Source: Candidatus Thermofontivivens primus
Lineage (GTDB): Bacteria; Sysuimicrobiota; Sysuimicrobiia; Sysuimicrobiales; Thermofontiviventaceae
DNA length: 60,337 nucleotides
Reading direction: 5' to 3'
Assembly (NCBI GenBank): GCA_031458695.1
Contig: JAVKJW010000014.1
Span: forward strand, 1-60,337
Shown piece by piece: positions 18,801 to 26,956 of the stretch; position 1 is the first letter of the stretch, and every line of letters starts with the position of its first letter. A program made the position numbers and the translations under genes. The notes below the pieces were generated by a model, which worked only from the letters and a program-made list of their open reading frames with translations, was not told where the DNA came from and made no database searches.

Positions 18801-20006
18801 ATGTGGGCGCGGTTTTCTGAACAAGAGATGGCCCGGAGGTGGAGCCTCGCCCGTGATCTGATGCGCCGGATCGAGCTCGGGGGTCTCCTCTTCTATGGGA
18901 GCTCAGGGACCAATCGCCACGACCAGGCCAACATCTTCTGGCTCACCAACCACCTCGATCTCCACCACAACTATCTCGTGGCGCCCCTAGACGACTCTAC
19001 CGAACCTGCGCTGTATGTCGGCCTCCTGAACCACGTGCCAAACGCCCGTGAGGTTGCGCAGGTCCCCATTGTGGAGTGGGGTGGCTACAACCCAGCACAG
19101 AAGATTGCAGAGAGACTCCGGGAGATCGGACTCCAGAAGGGCAGGCTGGGAGTGGTGGGTGTGAAGGCCAAGTTCGGGATCGGGATGCCCTACCAGCACT
19201 ACCTCGAATTGCGCAAAGCCCTGCCGGACTTGGAACTCGTGGATGTCACCGGGGAGTTTAGCCGCCTCCGCGAGGTAAAATCGGAGGAAGAGATCGCATG
19301 GCTCCGGAAGGCGGCGGAGATCACCGATGTGGCGATCACCACACTCTATGAGCGCATCCGCCCTGGGATGGCGGAGTACGAACTCGTTGGAATCATCCAT
19401 GGGGCCGTGTGGGCCGAAGGAGGCCTTCCCCACATTACCTTCCTCCGCTCCATGCCAATGGACGCCCCATCAGGTTGCGTACCGGCCCAGAACCCTTCCA
19501 ACCGGTCGATTCAGAGAGGGGACGTGATCATCACCGAGATCAGCGCCTCCTTCTGGGGATACACAGGGCAGATCCACAGGCCCTTCTTCGTTGGCACAGA
19601 CCCCACGCCCGAATGGCAGCGGATGTTCGATGTGGCCCTGGAAGCCTACCGGCGGATCACCCAGACCATAAAACCCGGAGCTACGGAACGAAGTGTGATC
19701 CGGGCTGGATCGGTGATCGGGGAGAACGGGTATGCGATCTACGACGACCTCATTCACGGCTACGGCGTGGACATCCTCCCGCCTCTCATCGATCGCTCCT
19801 GCTGCCAGTACTGGCCCTGGGACGAGGACCGTTCTGTGCCGGAAGGACGCGTCTTTGAGAGGAATATGGCCATCGTTGTCCAGCCTAACCCGATTACGCC
19901 AGACGAGCGCATGGGTTTGCAGCTCGGCGCCCTCACCGTAGTGACGGAGCAAGGTGCCGTGGCATTGCACCGCGTGCCTTTTGATCCACTAATCGTCCGC
20001 ATATGA
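18801..20006 (+). CDS. Second M24-fold protein with atypical metal site (paralog of 6105-7388)
   Basis: FSEQEMARR N-terminus, VKSEEE, GDVIITEISASFWGYTGQ, IHGYGVD, VVQPNP, QLGALTVVT. Start reassigned to ATG 18801. Confidence 0.8.
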   Translation: MWARFSEQEMARRWSLARDLMRRIELGGLLFYGSSGTNRHDQANIFWLTNHLDLHHNYLVAPLDDSTEPALYVGLLNHVPNAREVAQVPIVEWGGYNPAQKIAERLREIGLQKGRLGVVGVKAKFGIGMPYQHYLELRKALPDLELVDVTGEFSRLREVKSEEEIAWLRKAAEITDVAITTLYERIRPGMAEYELVGIIHGAVWAEGGLPHITFLRSMPMDAPSGCVPAQNPSNRSIQRGDVIITEISASFWGYTGQIHRPFFVGTDPTPEWQRMFDVALEAYRRITQTIKPGATERSVIRAGSVIGENGYAIYDDLIHGYGVDILPPLIDRSCCQYWPWDEDRSVPEGRVFERNMAIVVQPNPITPDERMGLQLGALTVVTEQGAVALHRVPFDPLIVRI

Positions 20007-20018
20007 GGAGGCGCGACT

Positions 20019-20498
20019 ATGGCAGAACATGGGATCCATCACCACGAAGGAAAGATTCCTCACCATCAGCTCTTCCATGCAGGAGAGATCGTGGTCCGAG
20101 AGGGTACCGGCTCTAAGGTGTTCCACCTCGATGATGTCCCGGAGCTGGCCTCGGTCCATGATGGGAGGCGCAAGAAGGTCCTCCTCAACAAGCCCTCCAC
20201 CGGGAAAGAGCTGCTCGTGGATATACTCACCTATGGGCCGGGCGTGACCTGCCCCCTCCACTACCACCGGGGGACAGATCACTTCTTCTTCGTCCTCGAT
20301 GGGCGCGGCCGTCTCCTCCTGAACGGGGAAGAATACCCGCTCAGAGCTGGAACGGTTGTCTGGATCGCAGAGGGAGACGTCCACAAGGTGTTTGCAGATG
20401 AGGAGAGCTCCCTGACGTTTCTGGAATACTTCTCCCGCGGGGACCATGAGACCGTCTTCCTTGAGCAGGCCTGCGAGTGGCAAGCGCCGAAGAGGTGA
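20019..20498 (+). CDS. Cupin domain protein
   Basis: PLHYH...DHFFFVLDG and G..VWIAEGDVH cupin motifs; His-rich N-terminus. Confidence 0.85.
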   Translation: MAEHGIHHHEGKIPHHQLFHAGEIVVREGTGSKVFHLDDVPELASVHDGRRKKVLLNKPSTGKELLVDILTYGPGVTCPLHYHRGTDHFFFVLDGRGRLLLNGEEYPLRAGTVVWIAEGDVHKVFADEESSLTFLEYFSRGDHETVFLEQACEWQAPKR

Positions 20499-20501
20499 GC
20501 G

Positions 20502-21695
20502 ATGGCCAGGGAAGTCATCCTTCCTCAACTAGGGCTGGCGATGGAAGAGGGGACCATCGTGAAGTGGCTGAAGGGCGAGGGGGACCAGGTGGAAGAAGGC
20601 GAGCCCATTGTCGAGATCATGACCGACAAAGCGAACGTGGAGGTGCCTGCGCCTGCCTCCGGAATCTTAGTGAAGATCTTGGTCCCTGAAGGCCAGGCGG
20701 TCCCCGTGGGTGTTCCTATCGCCTACATCGGACAGCCTGGGGAGGAGGTTCCCGTTCTACAGGCCACGTCAGCGCGGCCAGCTCCCGTCGTCCCCCGAGC
20801 TGGGAAGGAGAAGGAGGAAACCGCTCGGGAGCCAGAACGCAAGGTCCAGGCCTCCCCACGTGCTCGGAGGCTCGCGGAGGAACACGGGATCGATCTCTGG
20901 ACCATTACCGGGACTGGCCCAGGAGGGCGCATTGTCGAGGAGGACGTCAGGCGGGCAATTGACCGGAAGCGGGCCGAAGCGCCCGTGGTGAGAGAGAAAG
21001 GCATCGAGGGAACGCTGATTCCTGTCGTGGGAATGCGTGGGGCCATCGCCCGGAGGATGATGGAGAGCATCCACGGGTCGGCCCAGGTGACTCTGGCAAC
21101 CGAGGCAGATGCTACCGAGCTCGTCCGCTTGCGAAAAAGAATTGGCCCAGAGCTAGAACGCCGGCATAGTGTCCACCTCACTTACACCGATCTCCTGATC
21201 AAGGCCGTTGCCCTGGCCCTCACCGAACACCCGCGCCTCAATGCCCGGTGGGAGGGGGAAGCCATCCGCATCCTCCCTGAGGTCCACATCGGCGTCGCCG
21301 TGGCTTTGGAGGACGGGCTTGTGGTCCCTGTGATTCGCAACGCCGATCGCCTCGGCATCGTGGAGATCTCCCGGGCAGTTGCCCTGCTTTCGGAGAAGGC
21401 ACGGGCGGGAAGGCTCACCTACGAGGAGATGACAGGGAGCACCTTTACCATCACAAACCTGGGCATGTACGACATCGACATGTTCACGCCCATCATCAAC
21501 CCGCCGGAGGCAGCGATCCTGGGCGTCGGCAGGATCGTGGAGAAGCCTGTGATCGTGGAGGGGCGCGTAGAGACGCGCTCCATGATGACCCTCTCTCTGA
21601 CGTTCGACCACAGGATCGTAGACGGTGCCCCGGCAGCGAGATTTCTGCAGCGTGTGAAGGAACTGGTGGAGAACCCCTATCCGTTGATCCTATAG
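20502..21695 (+). CDS. Dihydrolipoamide acyltransferase (E2)
   Basis: Lipoyl domain MTDKANVEV, E3-binding ASPRARRLA...GTGPGGRI, catalytic DHRIVDG. Confidence 0.95.
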   Translation: MAREVILPQLGLAMEEGTIVKWLKGEGDQVEEGEPIVEIMTDKANVEVPAPASGILVKILVPEGQAVPVGVPIAYIGQPGEEVPVLQATSARPAPVVPRAGKEKEETAREPERKVQASPRARRLAEEHGIDLWTITGTGPGGRIVEEDVRRAIDRKRAEAPVVREKGIEGTLIPVVGMRGAIARRMMESIHGSAQVTLATEADATELVRLRKRIGPELERRHSVHLTYTDLLIKAVALALTEHPRLNARWEGEAIRILPEVHIGVAVALEDGLVVPVIRNADRLGIVEISRAVALLSEKARAGRLTYEEMTGSTFTITNLGMYDIDMFTPIINPPEAAILGVGRIVEKPVIVEGRVETRSMMTLSLTFDHRIVDGAPAARFLQRVKELVENPYPLIL

Positions 21696-21697
21696 CC

Positions 21698-24007
21698 ATG
21701 GAACGCGAACGTCTCTCTTGGATCGGAAAACCCCTCAAGCGGCGCGAGGACCCTCGGCTCCTCCAGGGGCAGGGGAAGTTCGTGGACGACATCGTCCTCC
21801 CGGGGATGGTCCATATGGTCGTTGTGCGCAGTCCCTTCGCCCATGCTCGAATCGGCGGGATCCGCGGAGATACAGCCCTCCAGGTTCCCGGCGTGCTCGG
21901 CGTGATCACAGGGAAGGACCTTGCAGGGCGGGTACATCCCATGCCCATCAACCCCATGGAAAACGCAAGGATCGCTCCCGTCCCCCACCCTCTTCTCGCT
22001 ATGGGGAAGGTCCGGTACATGGGGGAGCCCGTCGCAGCCATCCTCGCTGAGACGAAGGCAGCAGCAGAGGACGCCGTGTACCTTGTAGAGGTTGCGTATG
22101 ACCCACTCCCAGCCCTTGTGGACCCCATCGAAGCGCTCTCCAGCCAGACGTTCGTCCACGATGAACTCGGGGAGAATGTCCTTCTCCAATGGTCTAGGGA
22201 GGGCGGGGACGTGGAAGGGGCTTTCAGGAAAGCCGACCATGTGGTCAAGGGCCGGTTCCATATCCCGCGCCTCATCGCTGCACCCCTCGAGCCCCGCGGG
22301 GCCGTGGCCGCCTACGATCCTGGAACCGATACGATCACTGTCTGGTGCTCCGCCCAGGATCCGCACCGGCCGAGAGCCCAGCTGAGCAGGATCCTCGGGC
22401 GTCCAGAAGATCGGATCCGGATCATCATCCCCGAGGTCGGAGGGGCCTTCGGAAGCAAGGGACACCTTGCTCCTGAGGTCGCCCTTGCGGCTTTCCTGGC
22501 CATGCACATACGGAGGCCGGTTAAGTGGGTGGAGGACCGGAGGGAGAACTTCCAGGCCGCGTATCAGGGACGAGGGATGGAAGCAGAGGTGGAGATGGCG
22601 GTCACAAGAGACGGCAGGTTCCTAGGGGTGAGGGCGCGGCTCATCGCGGACCTGGGAGCCTACCTATACCCCGCAACCGCTCTTGTGCCCGTCACCACCG
22701 CCATGCTCCTCACCGGGACCTATGACATCCCAAACGCTGCCGTGGAGCTGATTGGGGTCGCTACCAACAAGGTCCCTACGGGTCCCTATCGAGGGGCGGG
22801 GCGGCCTGAGGCTGCCTATCTCGTAGAGCGCATGGTCGACCTCGCGGCTGACGAGCTGGGCATAGATCCCGTCGAGATACGCCGGCGGAACTTCATCCCC
22901 TCGGACCGGTTCCCTTATACGACGCCCCTCGGCTTCGTCTACGACTCCGGCAACTACGAGCAGGCACTGGACCGCGCGCTGGAGCTGGCGGAATATCCGC
23001 GCTGGCGCGAGGAACAGGCAAAAGCACGAGACCAGGGGAGATTGTTGGGAATCGGCATCGCCGCCTACGTCGAGCGTGCGGGTTCTCAGCTATGGGAGGG
23101 CGCCTCTGTGCGCGTGGAGCCAAATGGCCGCGTCCTCGTGCGCACTGGTTCCTCCCCACACGGCCAGGGACACGAGACGATATTCTCCCAGATCGCAGCC
23201 GAGGCGCTCCAGATCGACCCAGGTACAGTGGTCGTGGAACACGGAGATTCCGCCATCGTCCCGCGCGGGGTTGGCACTTTCGGAAGCCGGTCTACCACCG
23301 TCGGGGGTTCAGCAGTATGGGTTGCCTTGGAGAAGATCAAGGCAAAGGCGACGAAGATCGCCGCCTACCTCCTGGAGGCCTCCGAAGAGGATATCTCCTG
23401 GGAGAATGGCCGCCTGTTCGTGCGAGGGTCCCCCGACCGCGCCTTGACTTTCGCCCAGGTGGCCGCTACGGCCTACCAGCCAGGGCGTCTCCCCCCTGGG
23501 ATGGAGATGGGACTGGAAGCAGCAGGTGTCTTCTGTCTCCCTGGGCCGGTGTTCCCCTTTGGGGTATACGTCGCGATTGTCGAGATCGAGCGGGAAACGG
23601 GGGAGGTCCGCGTCCTCAAAGTCGTCGCTGTTGACGATGCAGGCCGGATCGTCAATCCCATGCTCGCCGAGGGACAGGTAATCGGGGCTACAGTGCAGGG
23701 GCTGGGGCAGGCCCTTCTCGAGGAAGCAGTATATGACGAATCAGGCCAGCTCCTGACAGGTTCGTTTGCTGACTACGGGGTCCTCCATGCAACCCAAGTC
23801 CCTGAGGTGGTCACGGATCTTCTTGAAACGCCCTCACCCCTCAACCCACTCGGCGCAAAGGGGATCGGCGAGGCAGGATCCATTGCTACCCCTGCTGCAG
23901 TGGCCAACGCCGTCATGGACGCCCTCGCTCCCCTCGGCATCCGGCACCTCGACTTCCCCTTTACGCCGGAGAGACTGTGGCGCCTGATTCACGCGGGATC
24001 CAGATAG
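21698..24007 (+). CDS. Molybdenum hydroxylase (xanthine dehydrogenase/CoxL-like) large subunit
   Basis: [49 protein letters not shown]. Confidence 0.92.
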   Translation: MERERLSWIGKPLKRREDPRLLQGQGKFVDDIVLPGMVHMVVVRSPFAHARIGGIRGDTALQVPGVLGVITGKDLAGRVHPMPINPMENARIAPVPHPLLAMGKVRYMGEPVAAILAETKAAAEDAVYLVEVAYDPLPALVDPIEALSSQTFVHDELGENVLLQWSREGGDVEGAFRKADHVVKGRFHIPRLIAAPLEPRGAVAAYDPGTDTITVWCSAQDPHRPRAQLSRILGRPEDRIRIIIPEVGGAFGSKGHLAPEVALAAFLAMHIRRPVKWVEDRRENFQAAYQGRGMEAEVEMAVTRDGRFLGVRARLIADLGAYLYPATALVPVTTAMLLTGTYDIPNAAVELIGVATNKVPTGPYRGAGRPEAAYLVERMVDLAADELGIDPVEIRRRNFIPSDRFPYTTPLGFVYDSGNYEQALDRALELAEYPRWREEQAKARDQGRLLGIGIAAYVERAGSQLWEGASVRVEPNGRVLVRTGSSPHGQGHETIFSQIAAEALQIDPGTVVVEHGDSAIVPRGVGTFGSRSTTVGGSAVWVALEKIKAKATKIAAYLLEASEEDISWENGRLFVRGSPDRALTFAQVAATAYQPGRLPPGMEMGLEAAGVFCLPGPVFPFGVYVAIVEIERETGEVRVLKVVAVDDAGRIVNPMLAEGQVIGATVQGLGQALLEEAVYDESGQLLTGSFADYGVLHATQVPEVVTDLLETPSPLNPLGAKGIGEAGSIATPAAVANAVMDALAPLGIRHLDFPFTPERLWRLIHAGSR

Positions 24008-24011
24008 CCTC

Positions 24012-24041
24012 ATCACTTTGTCACCTGTCACTGTGTCACTT
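24012..24041. repeat. Short imperfect TGTCAC repeats between convergent genes
   Basis: TGTCAC at 24019, 24026 and 24034, plus a partial TCAC at 24013. Confidence 0.5.
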
Positions 24042-24045
24042 TCTC

Positions 24046-24552
24046 CTATGGTAATCCCCGGACAAGCATCACACCCAGGGCGGCAACAACGAGGGCCAAG
24101 AGAAGATTGATCCGGCCCAACCACCCCGCCTGGCGGCGTAGGCGGACTGCTTCGTGGGAACCAGGGTTTGCCTGCCAAAGTACTGTGGCTCGCGGGCCGA
24201 TGACAAAATCGTGTAGCGCGCTGACGAGGAGGATCAGTGCCACCAGCACCAACTTAACCCCCAGGACCTGCCCAAAGGAGCTCCCCCATAGCCGTCCCGT
24301 CCATAGGTCCGACCACCGGAAGCCCCTGTAGGCCAAGTTGAAGACGCCGCTCAGGAGGAGAAGACCTAAAGCGTGCCAGCCTACCAGGCGAAAGCGTACG
24401 CCCGTCCAATGTACCAAGGAAGGTGCAACAGCACGGTGTTCTGAGCGCCGCGTAACGGGAATCAGGACTGCGGCCACAAAGATCATCCCGCCAATCCAGG
24501 TTGCCGCCGCTAAGATGTGAAGCCAGACAGAAAGCAAGTACAGCGCGCGCAT
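24046..24552 (-). CDS. CopD/DUF4149-like membrane protein
   Basis: WLHILAAATWIGG and SALHDFVIGP with four TM segments. Start reassigned to ATG 24552. Confidence 0.75.
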   Translation of the reverse strand: MRALYLLSVWLHILAAATWIGGMIFVAAVLIPVTRRSEHRAVAPSLVHWTGVRFRLVGWHALGLLLLSGVFNLAYRGFRWSDLWTGRLWGSSFGQVLGVKLVLVALILLVSALHDFVIGPRATVLWQANPGSHEAVRLRRQAGWLGRINLLLALVVAALGVMLVRGLP

Positions 24553-24580
24553 GGACAAGAATCCCGGTAAGCTTGGCCGT

Positions 24581-25423
24581 CTATCCTTTGTAGGTGAGAA
24601 CTCTCCCCCACAGACTCTGCGTTCCCCAGATCCCCGAGCGCATGCACTCCAGTTGCACAATCTGGCTGTGGTCCACGAACAGGTTGACCTCGGGGCCGTA
24701 GTTCTTGATGTACCAGGCAAAGACCTCTGGGTCTGCTGCTTCGAACATCACCTTTTCCAAGCCCAGGGCGTTGATGAACTTCGAGACAACGTCGGTGCGC
24801 CAGGATCGAACGTTCTCGGTGATCCCCTCCGACTCGACCATCATCATGTAGGCCCCTGCCTCGAGGAAACGCTTCGCCTGCTGGATAGCCCATTCAGGGT
24901 CTCTCGTCCCCTGGGCTTCCAGCTCTTCCACGGTGCTGGCCCCACCTGCGCCGAACTGGATCCCCACCTCCGGCTTGGGTTTCAATCCAGCCTCCCGGAC
25001 CTTCTCCACGAGGCGCACTAGGTCATCTGTCGGGATGGTGATGAAGCCGCTAGAGATCTCGATGATGTCGAATCCTAGGTCTTTGCACTCCTCAATGTAT
25101 CGGGAGACCGCCTCTGGGCCCTGGGTCAGGACATATTCGATGAACCCACCGGTAGAGACGAGCACGTCGTAGCTGTGACAGAGGTCAATGAGTTCCTTTA
25201 CTGCCTGGCGGGGCATGAGGGCGAATGAGCCCCCAGCGAACTTGAGGATGTCCACATAAGCCCCCATGGTTTCCAGGATGTCTTGGAGGTAGCGCTTGCC
25301 CATGGGCGTGTAGTAAGGGCCGCGGATCTCTGTCACTCCGCGCGTGCGTGGCTTGGGTTGCCGCTCGTTCACTTTCAGGAACGCACACGCTCGCTCCCCT
25401 GTCACAACCTTTGCTGAAGTCAT
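24581..25423 (-). CDS. Phosphosulfolactate synthase (ComA) family protein, HSA32-like clade
   Basis: KPRTRGVTEIRGPYY, DILKFAGGS, VSTGG, KPEVG, MFEAA, NLFVDHSQIVQLE. Likely start ATG 25423 after GGGAGGGA; in-frame ATGs extend to 25477. Confidence 0.85.
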   Translation of the reverse strand: MTSAKVVTGERACAFLKVNERQPKPRTRGVTEIRGPYYTPMGKRYLQDILETMGAYVDILKFAGGSFALMPRQAVKELIDLCHSYDVLVSTGGFIEYVLTQGPEAVSRYIEECKDLGFDIIEISSGFITIPTDDLVRLVEKVREAGLKPKPEVGIQFGAGGASTVEELEAQGTRDPEWAIQQAKRFLEAGAYMMMVESEGITENVRSWRTDVVSKFINALGLEKVMFEAADPEVFAWYIKNYGPEVNLFVDHSQIVQLECMRSGIWGTQSLWGRVLTYKG

Positions 25424-25439
25424 CCCTTGATCCCTCCCC

Positions 25440-25484
25440 ATCGCGTTCATCGCGTTCATCGCGTTCTTCGCGTTCATCGCGTTT
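25440..25484. repeat. Tandem 9-bp repeat (ATCGCGTTC)x5 at the prpD/comA junction
   Basis: Units start at 25440, 25449, 25458, 25467 (one mismatch) and 25476 (one mismatch). Confidence 0.9.
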
Positions 25485-26901
25485 TGTGCGTGGAAACCCT
25501 CACCTTTTCTAGGAGCCTCGTCAGCTCGGAAACCTGGATTGCCTCCAGGTTCGCGATCGCATCGATGATCTCCGCCTGGAGCGATTCGTCGGCGAAAGGC
25601 GCACTCAGCTTGCGGAACTTGTTCACGACGGTCTCCCAGCGCATGGGGTTAGTGAAGAACCCTTCATAGTCCTTCTTCTCCTTCGTTAGGACGCGGCCAT
25701 CGGTAAGATGCACAGCGATGCGGCAGGGCATCTCCCCAGGGAACCTCCGGCTAAACTCTTCATTTGGACGAACGACGACCCTACGGAGAAGAGACTGGAC
25801 GTCCTCCTGTAGGATTCGCCCTGGTGCGTACTGCTCAGGCATCACCTGGCCGTCGAGGATGGCGACGGCCACCATGTAGTGCAGGCTGTGGTCTGCCTCT
25901 TCCTTGGTCCGGACGATGGTCTTATCTCCTTCCTCGCCTCCCCCGATGATGTGGTAGGCCACATCGAAGATCTCTATCTCAATCTGTTGGATATCGGAGG
26001 CGGCAAACCCGCGCTCCTGCTTAAGCTCCAGGATCCCCTCGAGCGTCGATTGCGAGTGGATTTCCGCGTTGTACTTCTTGAGGATGGTACGGCGGACAAG
26101 CTCAAGATCCTCTTCCTCCCAGTTGATGGAAAACTTTCCGGCTATGGCATCCATGAACCCTTTGTTGCCTTCGAACACCTCAATCGGCCCGGTGATCCCG
26201 CGCATAGCCAGGAATGTGGCATGGGTGCAGCCAAAGGCAGTATTCGGGTAGGCCAACCCCTTCCAATGGGAAAGGGGCCCTGTCCTGGTCACCCGCAAGG
26301 CGTTGAAGGCAGTCCCACTGATAGCGATGGCGTTGGCCGTTTTCTCCCTGTCTAGGCCCAACGCCTTGGAAACGCCTGCAGCCACGGCGTAAGATCCCTG
26401 GGTGGTGTGGTCAAACCCTTTTGCACGCACCGGGGCGACCTCGCTCAGGCGACCCTGCACCTGATACGCCACTGCGAAGGCGGTAAGGAGGTCCTTCCCG
26501 CCTCTGCCGGCGTACTCGCATGCGGCAAGTACCGCTCCGAGGTTGTCGCTGGGATGACAGGTCTCGCCTTTGGCCAGGAAGCTGTCGTTGAAGTCGAGGT
26601 ACCGAACTAGGGCTCCGTTATAGAACGCCGCCCGTTCCGGGGAACTCTTTCCCCCTCCGATGAGCGTGCACCGCCCGCCCATCCCGAAGTCCTCCAGGTG
26701 AGCCCGGATGGACCGAATGGGCTCTCCTTGTAGGGCGCCGATGGCGCAGCCCAGGGAGTCCAGGATGCGGATCTTCAGCTCCTCCCTGGCTTCCCGGGAG
26801 ATGTCATCATAGGAAGCACGCACGACGAACGCTGCCAGCTGCTCTGCGAGAGTCCTCTTGGGTTGAGAAAAGTTTCTCATTGCTTTTGCTGCTTTCGCCA
26901 C
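25474..26901 (-). CDS. MmgE/PrpD family protein (2-methylcitrate dehydratase-like)
   Basis: VRYLDFNDS, HPSDN, GFDHT, SHWKG, EEADHSL. Confidence 0.9.
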   Translation of the reverse strand: MAKAAKAMRNFSQPKRTLAEQLAAFVVRASYDDISREAREELKIRILDSLGCAIGALQGEPIRSIRAHLEDFGMGGRCTLIGGGKSSPERAAFYNGALVRYLDFNDSFLAKGETCHPSDNLGAVLAACEYAGRGGKDLLTAFAVAYQVQGRLSEVAPVRAKGFDHTTQGSYAVAAGVSKALGLDREKTANAIAISGTAFNALRVTRTGPLSHWKGLAYPNTAFGCTHATFLAMRGITGPIEVFEGNKGFMDAIAGKFSINWEEEDLELVRRTILKKYNAEIHSQSTLEGILELKQERGFAASDIQQIEIEIFDVAYHIIGGGEEGDKTIVRTKEEADHSLHYMVAVAILDGQVMPEQYAPGRILQEDVQSLLRRVVVRPNEEFSRRFPGEMPCRIAVHLTDGRVLTKEKKDYEGFFTNPMRWETVVNKFRKLSAPFADESLQAEIIDAIANLEAIQVSELTRLLEKVRVSTHKTR

Positions 26902-26956
26902 GTCGCAGAAGAATCCTCCATCTTCCGGAAAACCTATTCAGGAAGGGACGGGGTCT

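Noticed and set aside
21698..24007. Aerobic CO dehydrogenase (form I CoxL)
   Set aside because: The active-site loop is PYRGAGR, not AYxCSFR, and no coxS/M or accessory genes are present.
3381..24007. Complete nicotine degradation pathway
   Set aside because: No 6-hydroxynicotine oxidase, dihydroxypyridine hydroxylase or Mo-enzyme S/M subunits; there is only family-level resemblance of two genes.
24581..25423. Coenzyme M biosynthesis
   Set aside because: No other com/xcb genes are in the window, and the sequence looks like the HSA32-like clade.
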